The position numbers and the translations under genes are program-made. From Gemmatimonadota bacterium (lineage in GTDB: Bacteria > Gemmatimonadota > Gemmatimonadetes > Palauibacterales > Palauibacteraceae), in the NCBI GenBank assembly GCA_965116475.1, contig OZ220691.1, positions 2,240,001 to 2,304,000 of the forward strand: 64,000 nt of DNA, given 5' to 3'. The notes under the pieces are model-generated. The model was given only the letters and a program-made list of their open reading frames with translations. It did no database searches and was not told the origin of the DNA. Positions 48,211 through 58,335 of this stretch are shown here, piece by piece (the first letter of the stretch is position 1; the number at the start of each line of letters is the position of its first letter).

Positions 48211-49004
48211 GACATCCCTCCCGGGCCGGTCGAGACGGCGCCGCTCTCCGCACGCCGGAACCCGACCGCCGCGACGATGAGAAAGACCAGAGACTGCGCG
48301 GCGAGCACGGCGACATGCAGGGCCGTCGCCTGCCCACCGTCCATCGCGATGACCTTAAGAGCGAGCTGCGCGTGGTGATAGGCGGGCAACGCGTTGGCGA
48401 TGTGCTGCAGGGCCTCCGGAAAGATCGTAATCGGGATCCAGAGTCCGGACAGCATGGCCATGGGCAGAAAGACGAGATTGGTGATGGCCACCGCGGCGCG
48501 ACTCTTCGACCACGCTCCAACGGCCAACCCCAGCGCGCAGAACGGAATCACCCCGGCGAGTACGACCCCGGACAGTGCGAACCACTGCCAGCGGTACAGC
48601 ACCACGCCGGCCCCGTAGGCGCCGATGAAGAAGATCCCCAGAAGGACGGCGGCCCCGAAGGCGAACGCCATCCCCACCTTGGCGAGCAGGTAGGCTGCCG
48701 CGGGCATTGGCGTCGTACGCTTGAGGAGGAGGACGCCGGAGTCGCGCTCCATGGCCAGCCCGGCACCGAAACCGAACAGCGAGGGGCCCATGACACCGAA
48801 CACGCTGTACGTCGCCAGCATGTACGTAGGCGCAGCGGCCGAAAATCCCCTCCCGCCCATGACCACGCCGAAGAACAGGTAGAAGATCAGCGGAAAGAGC
48901 AGGGTCGGGATCGCGAAGGCGGGCTCCCGAAGCACCATCAGGAACTGGTACCGCACTTCCAGCGCGTAGATGCGCCAACGTCGCGCGCGTGTCGGCGCTG
49001 TCAC
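48207..49004 (-). CDS. ABC-2 type permease
   Basis: REPAFAIPTLLFP..FY, ERDSG, PMP, LSGLWIP. Confidence 0.85.
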   Translation of the reverse strand: MTAPTRARRWRIYALEVRYQFLMVLREPAFAIPTLLFPLIFYLFFGVVMGGRGFSAAAPTYMLATYSVFGVMGPSLFGFGAGLAMERDSGVLLLKRTTPMPAAAYLLAKVGMAFAFGAAVLLGIFFIGAYGAGVVLYRWQWFALSGVVLAGVIPFCALGLAVGAWSKSRAAVAITNLVFLPMAMLSGLWIPITIFPEALQHIANALPAYHHAQLALKVIAMDGGQATALHVAVLAAQSLVFLIVAAVGFRRAESGAVSTGPGGMS

Positions 49005-49909
49005 GAGCCGGGCCCCGGGGCGTCGGGCGCTCGCGTGAGAGCGAGAAAGGCCTCTTCCAGTCCGGCGCCGACGACGGTCAGGTCGTGCAGATCCGGGTCC
49101 AGATCGAGGAGTGCGCGCACGAGATCCTCGGGCCTTGAAGTCAGGACCTCCAGGTACCGGCCTCGGACCTCGGACCTGACGACGCCCGGACGAGAGGCCA
49201 CGCGGTCGGGTTGAACCCCGGTTACGCAACGGACCAGGCGGGCGGCCGTCCGCGATTTGATGGTCGCCGGCGAGCCATCCGCGACGACCCGGCCGTTATG
49301 GAGGACGACGACTCGATCCGCGAGCGCGTCCGCCTCTTCGAGATAGTGGGTCGTCAGAACCGTGGTCCGTCCGGAGTCGCTGAGCGCGCGGATCTCCTCC
49401 CACAGCCCGCGTCGTGCTTCCACATCCAGACCCGCCGTGGGTTCATCGAGAAAAACAAGCTGTGGGTCGCCGCACAGGGCGAGAGCGAACATGACCCGCT
49501 GCTTCTGTCCCCCGGAGAGCTTGCCGAACCTCCGCCGCTCCAGTCCCTCGAGCCCCGCCATGCCGAGCAGGCGGGAAGCCGACGCCGGAGCGGGATAGTA
49601 GGCGCGGAAGAGGTCGATGTGTTCGCCCACCGTCAGCGTATTCGGCACGCCGGAGATCTGGAGCATCGCGCCTCGGCGCGCTCGAACCCCGGGAGCGCCC
49701 GGCCTCTCTCCGAAGACGGTCGCTTTCCCCACCTGCACGGGAAGGCTCCCGAGCAGCAGATTGATTGCGGTGGTCTTGCCCGCCCCGTTGGGCCCCAGCA
49801 CCGCAAGCACCTCGCCGCGCCGGACCTCGAGATCCACCTCCTCCAACGCGACGACCGATCCATATCGATGAGTCACGCCCGACAGTCGGGCGACGGCTTC
49901 TTCAGACAT
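49001..49909 (-). CDS. ABC transporter ATP-binding protein
   Basis: GPNGAGKTT, LSGGQ, FLDEPT, TTHYLEEA. Confidence 0.93.
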   Translation of the reverse strand: MSEEAVARLSGVTHRYGSVVALEEVDLEVRRGEVLAVLGPNGAGKTTAINLLLGSLPVQVGKATVFGERPGAPGVRARRGAMLQISGVPNTLTVGEHIDLFRAYYPAPASASRLLGMAGLEGLERRRFGKLSGGQKQRVMFALALCGDPQLVFLDEPTAGLDVEARRGLWEEIRALSDSGRTTVLTTHYLEEADALADRVVVLHNGRVVADGSPATIKSRTAARLVRCVTGVQPDRVASRPGVVRSEVRGRYLEVLTSRPEDLVRALLDLDPDLHDLTVVGAGLEEAFLALTRAPDAPGPGS

Positions 49910-50013
49910 CCTCGTTGGACCCGGCGCAGGGGGGTTGGTGACGGCGCAAAGGGCCAGACTCTCAGCGGAGCTTACGCACCCGCCCGCCGGAGGTTTCGGA
50001 TTGCGCGGCGGAG

Positions 50014-51210
50014 CTACGCTCGGACGGGGAGGAACTGCTGCATCGTGTGGACGGGCGCGCGGTATTCGCTCCCGTGCTCTTCGAGCAACTCATTTGCCAG
50101 GAGCCAGTTCAGATCTCGCGTAAGTGTCTTGGTCGTCCTCGTGGAATAGAGACGCGCCAGGCCGGGATCGAGATCCGGAATGTCGCGCTTCTTCGCCGGC
50201 TCCGCGTGCCGTCCAAGAACGAGGACGACTTCCCGGCGCCGGTTCATGGCGGGTGACCGGGGATGGAGCCGGAACCGCCAATAGACGTAGTGTTCCCATG
50301 CCAGCCATGACTGGACCCCTTCCACGTAACGACACTGTTCCTCGAGGCCGTCCAGGAACCCCTGGAGCGAATAGACGATGAAGGCCAGTGCGTCCCCACG
50401 CCCGCGGTTCGCACGGCTCGAACGGTCGAGCTGCCGGTAGTATTCGGCACGCGTGAGATTGTAGTGGTTGCTGAGGAGGTGGGTGGCGGGGGAGGGCACT
50501 CCGGCGCGCGCCAGGATGAGGAACTCGGTGAGCCGCGCCGTACGGCCGTTCCCATCGCCGAAGGGATGGATCCAGGCGATGTAAAGGTGTGCGAGGATCG
50601 CACGCAGGACTGCGGTTGCGACCGCACCGCCCAGGTGCTCCTCGAGGTCCGGCCAGACTGCGTTCTCCTCCATCCATTCGCACAGCCGTTCGAGCAGCAA
50701 ATGGCAGTCCTCCCGCGGAGCTCCGGAGTATCTTCCCACGCCTACGGAGAACGTGGGCACCTCCCCCGGAACGACTCCTTCTTCCAGGTGCCCTTCCAAC
50801 CCCGCGAGAACGAGGCGGTTCGCCTCGCGAATCCAGTCCGGAGTGAGGCGTGGAGGTTCGCCGGCTGCGATCCGTCGAAAAATGTCTTCGCAGGCACGAA
50901 GGACGTTGTCGACTTCCTGACCCAGGTACTCCTGCGATATCGGAAGTTCGAGTTGTCCGTCGAGTCTGCCCCGAACCTGTGTTTCGGTAAGCGTGTTCCC
51001 CTCGATGGCCGTCGTCGCGCGCGCACCCTTGACGAGATAGAGCTTGTGCATCTCCGCCGCGGCGGCGGGAGGTAGAACCGCCCGGGCGACCTGCTCGCAG
51101 CGAGCGGCCACCTGCCCGAGCAGGGACCACAACCGCGGCGTGGCCCGCTCCAGGCCCGCGCGAAAACTGATCCACGGGTGACTCCGCTCGTACGGATGCT
51201 CGTCCGTCAT
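50014..51210 (-). CDS. Fic-family AMPylase with C-terminal HTH
   Basis: HPFGDGNGRTAR; inhibitory motif TTAIEGN. Confidence 0.9.
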   Translation of the reverse strand: MTDEHPYERSHPWISFRAGLERATPRLWSLLGQVAARCEQVARAVLPPAAAAEMHKLYLVKGARATTAIEGNTLTETQVRGRLDGQLELPISQEYLGQEVDNVLRACEDIFRRIAAGEPPRLTPDWIREANRLVLAGLEGHLEEGVVPGEVPTFSVGVGRYSGAPREDCHLLLERLCEWMEENAVWPDLEEHLGGAVATAVLRAILAHLYIAWIHPFGDGNGRTARLTEFLILARAGVPSPATHLLSNHYNLTRAEYYRQLDRSSRANRGRGDALAFIVYSLQGFLDGLEEQCRYVEGVQSWLAWEHYVYWRFRLHPRSPAMNRRREVVLVLGRHAEPAKKRDIPDLDPGLARLYSTRTTKTLTRDLNWLLANELLEEHGSEYRAPVHTMQQFLPVRA

Positions 51211-51338
51211 CCTGCCTTCCGTGCCGATGTCGCGGCGATTATGTGCCGATTTTTGTCCATCAGACTGTCCAACGATGCGTCCAGATTATGGTGTCGTCTC
51301 GGAGCGTGCGCAAACCGTCGAATCGGCGTGTCCGGCGA

Positions 51339-52835
51339 TCAGAGGTCCATTACGCGTTGGATGTCGCGGTCGATGGGATCGGGCTTCGTGAGGAAGGAGA
51401 TGGAGAGGAAGAGGACGAGGGAGACGAGGAGCGCCGCGGCGCCGTGGTCGACGCCGTAGGGGAGGCGCACGGTGCCGAACCCGAACCCGGACCGGAGTCC
51501 GAAGTTGACGAGCAGGCTGCTGGCGACGGCGATGTTGGCCGCGAGGGCGTTGGCGCGCCTCCAGTTGAGTCCGATCGCGATGACGGGCACGAGGCCGGCC
51601 GCGAACGTGCCCCAGCCGAACACGCCGAGCAGCGCCACGAGGTCGTCGGCGTAGAGCGCCACCAGCGCGGCCGAGATCGCCAACAGGACCGTGATGATGC
51701 GCGCCCACGCGAGTTCGTTGCCGAGCGACCGGCCGCGAATCGCGTTGGGCAGGTCGTGCATGATGGCGGCGGTCCCGATGTTCAGGAATGCGTCGGCCGT
51801 GGACATGATCGCGGCAAGGAGCGCCGCGAAGACGACGCCGGCGAGCAGCGGGTGCGTGAACGTCTGCAGAAACTCCGGCGAGGCGGCGTCCGGGGTCGCG
51901 AGCGCCGGGTGTCCGCCGGTGATGACCAGCGCCCGCATGGCGAAGCCGATGCCGATCCACAGCAGCGCCGCGAAGCTGTAGGCGATGACACCGACCGGGA
52001 TCACGTAGCGCAGTTCCTTCATGCGCCGCAGCATCATGAACTTGGTGATGATGTGCGGCTGCCCGGCCACGCCGATGCCGAACACGAAGAACCAGGCGAG
52101 GGCGCCCATGATCCCGATCGTTCCCCACGGCCCGCTCGCCGCGCGGTCGTCGGCCGCCACGATCCGGCTGATCTCGGCCATCCCGCCGTCGAACGTCCCG
52201 AGCACGGTGACGAATACGAAGACGGACGCGACGACCATGATGGCGCCCTGGATCACGTCGGTGTACACGGAGGCCACGATCCCGCCGGTCACCGAGTAGA
52301 AGATCAGGACCGAGCAGGAAATGGCCACGCAGAGCGCCAGGCTCGGGTTCTCGAGCACGCCGGCGTCCGCCAGCACGCCCTGCAGCACGATCGACATCGC
52401 GAGGATCTGCGTCGCGAGGTAGCCCAGCACGCCAAGCAGGATCACGACGGCCACGGAGGCCCGCACCGACTCCGCGCCGTAGCGTGCCGCGGCAATGTCC
52501 GGCAGCGACACGCATTCGCGAAGTTCCGCCACGAGCCGGAGGCGTTTCGCCACCAGGTTCAGCACGATGATGTTGGAGATGACGATCGTCCCGAGAATCC
52601 AGATCGAACTCGTCCCCATGGAGTACATGAGGCCGGGACCGCCCACGAACCCGAACCCGCTCATCGTGCTCGAGAAGATCGCGAACGCGGTGACGAACAT
52701 CCCCAGGGTGCGGCCGGCCACGAAGAAATCGCTCGCCGATTTCGTGCGCCGGAGCGACCAGAGACCCACGCCGACGCACAGAGCGAGATATGCGATCACG
52801 GCGAGGAGCGTGATCAGGGCGCGATTCGCCTCCAC
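51339..52835 (-). CDS. Sodium:solute symporter (PutP-like)
   Basis: DFFVAGR, MSGFGFVGGPG, GG..ASVYTD.IQG, GQPHI..KF, AAIMSTAD. Confidence 0.9.
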   Translation of the reverse strand: MEANRALITLLAVIAYLALCVGVGLWSLRRTKSASDFFVAGRTLGMFVTAFAIFSSTMSGFGFVGGPGLMYSMGTSSIWILGTIVISNIIVLNLVAKRLRLVAELRECVSLPDIAAARYGAESVRASVAVVILLGVLGYLATQILAMSIVLQGVLADAGVLENPSLALCVAISCSVLIFYSVTGGIVASVYTDVIQGAIMVVASVFVFVTVLGTFDGGMAEISRIVAADDRAASGPWGTIGIMGALAWFFVFGIGVAGQPHIITKFMMLRRMKELRYVIPVGVIAYSFAALLWIGIGFAMRALVITGGHPALATPDAASPEFLQTFTHPLLAGVVFAALLAAIMSTADAFLNIGTAAIMHDLPNAIRGRSLGNELAWARIITVLLAISAALVALYADDLVALLGVFGWGTFAAGLVPVIAIGLNWRRANALAANIAVASSLLVNFGLRSGFGFGTVRLPYGVDHGAAALLVSLVLFLSISFLTKPDPIDRDIQRVMDL

Positions 52836-52841
52836 CGACCG

Positions 52842-53360
52842 CTATCCCTCGCCGCCGCCGTCGCCGCCGCCGGTACCGGCGATCTCGTCGAAGCGGGCCT
52901 GCTCCCGCGTGCCGAAGTACGCGTTCTCGAACGCCCAGGTGATGGCGAGAAGGGGAATCCACGGCGCGAGCGTGAGCCCATACACCAGCAGGGAAGTCGG
53001 GGCCGTGAAACCCAGGACGATCGTCGTGTCGCCGGCGGCGTAGGCGTCGAACGACCACACGAGCACCACGAAGAGGAGGACGTAGCCCACCATCCATGCG
53101 TTGACGGCCCGCCGGATCCAGTGTCCTTCCCGGAAGCCGATCAGCATCGTGACCCACATGGTCCCGAGCATGGCGATGCCGGCGACGTACGTCGCCCACG
53201 CCGGCGCGCCGAGTTCGCCCGCGTCGATCCCCACCTGCATCGGAGCGTACTCCGGGTGAGGGAGCGGCGTAGCGCGGCCGGTCCCGGTGGCGACCGCCAC
53301 CGCGAGCAGGCCGAGCAGGAGAGCGCAGAGCGCGAGCAGTACCGCCATGAGGCGGGTCAT
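52842..53360 (-). CDS. Small membrane protein upstream of the symporter
   Basis: About 4 TM segments; 6 bp from the symporter start. Confidence 0.6.
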   Translation of the reverse strand: MTRLMAVLLALCALLLGLLAVAVATGTGRATPLPHPEYAPMQVGIDAGELGAPAWATYVAGIAMLGTMWVTMLIGFREGHWIRRAVNAWMVGYVLLFVVLVWSFDAYAAGDTTIVLGFTAPTSLLVYGLTLAPWIPLLAITWAFENAYFGTREQARFDEIAGTGGGDGGGEG

Positions 53361-53623
53361 GTGAGCGTTGTCGCGGATCGGGTTGTCGCGGATCGATCCC
53401 CCCGAGTTTGAGAAGCGCCGAAGTTGCCACGACGTGGGCGCGCGCGCGAGACCGCGCCAGGCGCCTCCCGCCGCGCCGGGCTGCTCCCGCCGCGCCAGTC
53501 CGGATCCGCGCTGGACTTGAGGAGTCGCTCCTGTGAGTTTGGCGCCCCCGGTGCGCATCGGCTTCAGGGACGGGGCTCACGGGACACCCACCGAATCGTT
53601 CACACGCAACGCGCGGAGACGAC

Positions 53624-54604
53624 ATGACTGCACCAGCGCGGGTCGCCATCACGGGGGCCGCAGGAAATATCGGATACGCCCTCGCCTTCAGGATTGCGGC
53701 GGGGGACATGCTCGGGCCGGACCGGCCCGTCACGCTTCAACTGCTGGAGATTCCGCCCGCGCTCGACGCGCTGCGCGGCGTGGAAATGGAACTCAACGAC
53801 TGCGCCTTTCCGCTCCTGCACGGGGTCGTGGCGACCGCGGAGGCGGACGAGGGGTTCGACGGCGTCGACTACGCCCTGCTCGTGGGCGCCAAGCCGCGGG
53901 GGCCCGGGATGGAGCGCGGCGACCTGCTGGCCGACAACGGGAGGATCTTCGGCCCACAGGGGCGCGCGCTGAGCGATCGCGCCTCGCCGGACGTGCGCGT
54001 CCTCGTGGTCGGAAACCCGGCGAACACGAACTGCCTCATCGCCGCCGCCAATGCTCCGAAGCTCGACCGCCGGCAGTTCGCGGCCATGACCCGCCTCGAC
54101 CATAACCGCGCGATCAGCCAGCTCGCCGAGAAGACGGGGGCGCACGCGACGGAGATCCGGCGCATGACCATCTGGGGCAATCACTCCGCGACCCAGTACC
54201 CCGACATCAGCCGGTGCACGGTGGCGGGCGCCCCGGCCGTCGATCTTGTCGACGAAGCCTGGTATCGCGACACCTTCATTCCAAAGGTCCAGAAGCGGGG
54301 TGCCGAGATTATCCGGGCGCGCGGCGCCTCTTCAGCCGCGTCGGCCGCCTCCGCCGCCATCGACCACGTGCGGACGTGGGTACACGGCACGCCGGAGGGC
54401 GACTGGACGAGCATGGCCGTGCATGCGGACGGGCGCTACGGGGTGGCCGAGGGCGTCGTCTACTCGCACCCGGTGACGTGCGCGGACGGCGACTACTCCG
54501 TCGTCGAGGGCCTCGACCCGAGCGACTTCAGCCGCGAGCGCATGGAGATCACCGACGCGGAACTCCGCGCCGAACGCGACGCCGTCGCCGACCTCCTCGG
54601 CTAG
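53624..54604 (+). CDS. mdh: Malate dehydrogenase
   Basis: [53 protein letters not shown]. Confidence 0.96.
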   Translation: MTAPARVAITGAAGNIGYALAFRIAAGDMLGPDRPVTLQLLEIPPALDALRGVEMELNDCAFPLLHGVVATAEADEGFDGVDYALLVGAKPRGPGMERGDLLADNGRIFGPQGRALSDRASPDVRVLVVGNPANTNCLIAAANAPKLDRRQFAAMTRLDHNRAISQLAEKTGAHATEIRRMTIWGNHSATQYPDISRCTVAGAPAVDLVDEAWYRDTFIPKVQKRGAEIIRARGASSAASAASAAIDHVRTWVHGTPEGDWTSMAVHADGRYGVAEGVVYSHPVTCADGDYSVVEGLDPSDFSRERMEITDAELRAERDAVADLLG

Positions 54605-54623
54605 TCGTGAGGCCGACGGGTTC

Positions 54624-55028
54624 GTGAAAGGGCTGACGCCGATCCTGAACGTCACGGACCTGCAGGAGAGCTTCGCCTGGTTCGAACGCTGGGGCTGGAA
54701 GAAGAGCTGGGATTGGGGCGATCCGCCCGACTTCGGCGGCGTCGTCTCCGGCGACTGCCAGATCTTCCTGTGCCAGAACGCGCAGGGCGGCCGGGGCCGC
54801 AGCGAGGTGGAGAGGACGTTTGGCCCGGGCGGCGACGACGCCGCCGACAAGGGCGTCTGGATGTCGGTCTGGGTGGACGATGTCGACGCCGTGCATGAAC
54901 GGTGCGTGGAGCAGGGCCTCGAAGTCACATGGCCGCCCACGGACATGCCGTGGGGCGTACGCGAAACGCACGTCCGCCACCCCGACGGCCACGTCTTCCG
55001 CATCAGCCGCGGCATCGACCTGGACTAG
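54624..55028 (+). CDS. VOC/glyoxalase (bleomycin-resistance-like) protein
   Basis: LTPILNV, VDDVDA, PWGVRE..VRHPDGH.FRI. Confidence 0.85.
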   Translation: MKGLTPILNVTDLQESFAWFERWGWKKSWDWGDPPDFGGVVSGDCQIFLCQNAQGGRGRSEVERTFGPGGDDAADKGVWMSVWVDDVDAVHERCVEQGLEVTWPPTDMPWGVRETHVRHPDGHVFRISRGIDLD

Positions 55029-55071
55029 CAGCCGGTGCCAACGACGTTGGCGGCCCTCACGCCGCCATCGG

Positions 55072-56478
55072 TCACGCTGCCATCGGCGTGGTCTCGTACT
55101 GTCCCCAGAGGACCCAGAGCGCCCAGTCGAGGTCGAGCGGGTCGCCCATCCAGAGGCTCGTCGCCGTCCAGGGGTCGATCCCCTCCTGCCGGTGCCAGTT
55201 CCCGAGTCCCGCATCGGCGGTTCGGGGCGCCCTGACGTCTTCGCGTGCCGGGGGCACCGCCGGAACCACGCGTCCCCTCGGATCGCAGAAGCGCGCCGCG
55301 CCCGCCTGCCCCATCTCGACGCGCCAGCCGCCCTCGTGCACGGCCCTGTGATGGAACCGGCACAGGAGGGTCAGGTTGTCGAGCTTCGTCTCGCCCCCCT
55401 CGGACCAGGGGATGGCGTGGTGGGCCTGCGTGTGGCGCGAGCCGCAGCCGGGGAAGCGGCAGCCCCCGTCCCGGACGTCGAGCGCCTTGCGCAGCCGCCA
55501 CCCGACGGTCCGCTGGCGGCGGCCCACGTCCAGCACCGAGCCGTCCCGCCCGCGCTTCACCTCCACGGTCTCCGCGTCGCAGGCCAGGCGCCGGGACGTT
55601 CCCGCGGGAACGTGTGAGCCGTCCTCCGTGGCCAGGATCTCGGGGCCGCCGGCCACGGTGTGGACCACCAGTTGAGCCCTCGCCTCGGCGCGCTCCTCGA
55701 GCCACGCTCCGAGCGCGTCGTGTCGCCGCTCCGTCGGACTCGGCCGGAGCCCGGGCGGGGGCGTCGGCTGGGGCCCGGCCATCGGCCCGGGCGTCGGCGG
55801 GGCCGGCTCCCCCGTGGCGGCATCGGCCTCGCGCTCCATGGCGGCGTCGGCCTCACGCTCCATGGCGCACTCCTGCCGGTGGAGTTCGTCCACGGTGACG
55901 TCCAGCGTCTCCACGAGCAGGGCGCCCACCTCGGGCATGAGCAGGCCCCGGACCTCGTACATCCCGTCGGCCGTCATCCGGACCGTCAGGTGACGGCGAG
56001 CCGCCATCTCCGACGTCCCGTCCAGCGCCGCCATGGCGGCCTCCGCGCTCTTCGCCGCCCGCACGAAGCGCTCCACCTGGCTCGCCGTGTGGTGGAGGGC
56101 GAACTCGACCAGCCGCGCCTCGTCCTCGGCCGTGGCCATGCGCGTGAGCGCCCGGACCTTGGACCAGGAGAGCCGGCCCTTCTCCATCTCGGCGGAGGTC
56201 AGGGGCAGGTCGGCGAGGCGGCGGGCCACCCGCAGCCGCTCGCGGGCCGAGCCGAGGGAGATGCCGGTGCGCCAGTTCAGCCAGTGGGCGCAGGAGCGCC
56301 ACCCGCTCCAGCGTTCCTCTTCATCGTAGCGGCGCAGCAACGTCAGGAGCCGATACTGGGCGGCGTCGATATGGGCGCACAGCTCGGCGATCTCGTCACC
56401 CACGGGGTCGCCGGCCAAGGCAGCGGGGTGCGAGTCGGCAGCGTTCGAGTCAGCGGAAGGGTCAGGCGTCTCAGGCAT
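55072..56478 (-). CDS. DUF222 domain + HNH endonuclease (13E12-like)
   Basis: SCAHWLNWR.G, ARERLRVAR.L, LSWSKVRAL, RRLACDA, RDGGCRFPGC, HH..W..GG.T...N...LC..HH. Confidence 0.9.
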   Translation of the reverse strand: MPETPDPSADSNAADSHPAALAGDPVGDEIAELCAHIDAAQYRLLTLLRRYDEEERWSGWRSCAHWLNWRTGISLGSARERLRVARRLADLPLTSAEMEKGRLSWSKVRALTRMATAEDEARLVEFALHHTASQVERFVRAAKSAEAAMAALDGTSEMAARRHLTVRMTADGMYEVRGLLMPEVGALLVETLDVTVDELHRQECAMEREADAAMEREADAATGEPAPPTPGPMAGPQPTPPPGLRPSPTERRHDALGAWLEERAEARAQLVVHTVAGGPEILATEDGSHVPAGTSRRLACDAETVEVKRGRDGSVLDVGRRQRTVGWRLRKALDVRDGGCRFPGCGSRHTQAHHAIPWSEGGETKLDNLTLLCRFHHRAVHEGGWRVEMGQAGAARFCDPRGRVVPAVPPAREDVRAPRTADAGLGNWHRQEGIDPWTATSLWMGDPLDLDWALWVLWGQYETTPMAA

Positions 56479-56706
56479 GGCGTTCTCATCCGAATCTCAG
56501 GGTTCAAAGGGGGTACGCACTCATACCCCGATATTCGGTGAATGTTCGGGTTTCATCTCAACGCGGCCTCAACACGCGGTCTCAGCGCGATCCTCAACGC
56601 CCGGGACGTTCCCGCAGGAACGTCGGCGGCCAGTCAATAACCATCGTGGCAGCTACCACGAGGGCCGTTGTCCGCCAGAACGCCGTAGTCGGGTTCAGAC
56701 GTCGGG

Positions 56707-58335
56707 CTATCCGTCGCGGAGGATGCGAGCGGCGGCACCGGCGCCGGGGCGGGCGTTGAGGCCGCCGCCGGGGTGGGTGCCGGCTCCGCACAGGTAGAGT
56801 CCATCGACCGGGGTGCGGTACCGGGCCCAGCCGGCGACGGGGCGCCCGAAGAAGACCTGGTCGAGCGTCATCTCGCCGTGGTGGATGTTCCCTTCCGGGA
56901 GCGCGAAGCGGTCGGCGAGGTCGGCGGGCGTGAGCACGTGCCGGTGCAGGATCGCCCCCTCGAGGTTGGGGATGTGCTCCGCCAGCGTCGCGACGACGGC
57001 ATCTCCCAGCGCTTCGCGGCGCTCCTCATCCCATGGTCCGTCGGCGAGTCGGAACGGTGCGTACTGGGCCGCGACCGACAGGACGTGACGGCCTTCCGGC
57101 GCGAGCGACGGATCGAGGGCGGTCGTGAGGACGGCGTCGAGGACCGGCCGTGCGGAGGCCCGGCCGTACTTCGCGTCGTCGTACGCGCGCTCGATGTAGT
57201 GGATGCTCGGCGCGACCGTGATGGCCGCGCCGGCACGCACGGCGGCCTGGGCCGCGTCCCCGGCGGCCGCCGCCGCGCCGCCGCCGACCCCGGCCTGGTT
57301 GCCGCCGGACCGCAGGCGCGGGGGCTCGCCCAGCGCGAGGTGCACCTTCGCGATGACGCCCCGGTACTTGATGTGGTCCAGTCCGCGGGCGAACTCGGGC
57401 GCCAGTTCTCCGGGGTCGACGAGGCCGAGCAGCGTGCGGCCGGGATCGGCGGACGAGACGATGCGGGACGCCATGATCTCGCCGCCCCCGACGAGGGAGA
57501 TGCTCCTCGCGCGCCCGTCTTCGACGCGGATCGAGGCCACCTCCTGGCCGAGGCGGACCTCCGCCCCCGCCGCCTCGGCGACGCGCTGCAGAGCGGCGCC
57601 GAGCGCGCCCGTCCCGCCGCGCACCTGGCGCCGTCCCCGCACGACCCCGTCCGCGCCCACCATGTGGTGGAGGAACATGTAGCCGGTCCCCGAGGCCAGC
57701 GGCCCCTGGCAGATCCCCCGCACGCCGTCCGCGGCGAGCGCGCCCTTGAGCGCCTCGCTCTCGAACCACTCGTAGAGCAGTTCCTCCACCGTCATCGGGA
57801 TGAGCCGCATCAGTTCGAGCGCATCCCGCCGTCCGATGCGGTTCAGCTTCGCGCCGAGGCGAAGGAGTTCCCACAGGTCGCCACGGTTCGCGCCCGCGAG
57901 CCGCGGCGGTACGGTGCCGTACAGCACGCCGAGGGCTCGGCTCGCCCGCGCCATCGCGCGCACGAACTCCGGCCAGCGGGCGGCGTCCCGCGCGGAGAAG
58001 GGCCGAATCCGATCCGCCGTCCGCGCGGGGTCCGCCTCCAGAATGAGCGCGCCCCCGTCCGGCTGCGGAGACACGACGCATGGGTCGGGGGAAAGGAGTT
58101 CGAGGTCCGCACCCTCCAGACCCAGATCCTTCATGACGCGCGGATCGATCCCGGTCAGGCTGTGCGCGCCGGTGTCCACGCGATACCCGGGCCACAACTC
58201 CTCGGTGGCGGCGCACCCGCCCGCGGCCTCGCCCCGCTCGACGACGATCACGCGGAGGCCCGCCCGCGCCAGATACGCGGCCGCGACGAGACCGTTATGG
58301 CCCGCCCCGATGACGACGGCGTCGCAGGCGCTCAC
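56707..58335 (-). CDS. Phytoene-dehydrogenase-like FAD oxidoreductase (COG1233), subunit B
   Basis: GAGHNGL, ERAYDDAKYG, GNIHHGE, YLCGAGTHPGGG; GTGA overlap. Confidence 0.85.
   Translation of the reverse strand: MSACDAVVIGAGHNGLVAAAYLARAGLRVIVVERGEAAGGCAATEELWPGYRVDTGAHSLTGIDPRVMKDLGLEGADLELLSPDPCVVSPQPDGGALILEADPARTADRIRPFSARDAARWPEFVRAMARASRALGVLYGTVPPRLAGANRGDLWELLRLGAKLNRIGRRDALELMRLIPMTVEELLYEWFESEALKGALAADGVRGICQGPLASGTGYMFLHHMVGADGVVRGRRQVRGGTGALGAALQRVAEAAGAEVRLGQEVASIRVEDGRARSISLVGGGEIMASRIVSSADPGRTLLGLVDPGELAPEFARGLDHIKYRGVIAKVHLALGEPPRLRSGGNQAGVGGGAAAAAGDAAQAAVRAGAAITVAPSIHYIERAYDDAKYGRASARPVLDAVLTTALDPSLAPEGRHVLSVAAQYAPFRLADGPWDEERREALGDAVVATLAEHIPNLEGAILHRHVLTPADLADRFALPEGNIHHGEMTLDQVFFGRPVAGWARYRTPVDGLYLCGAGTHPGGGLNARPGAGAAARILRDG

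Noticed and set aside
55057..55086. 15-bp direct repeat as a target-site duplication of the HNH element
   Set aside because: Both copies are on the same side of the gene, and none was found at the upstream end.
37869..56700. Integrated genomic island or prophage starting at tRNA-Gly(TCC)
   Set aside because: No integrase, phage genes or duplicated tRNA 3' end found by eye; housekeeping mdh lies inside.
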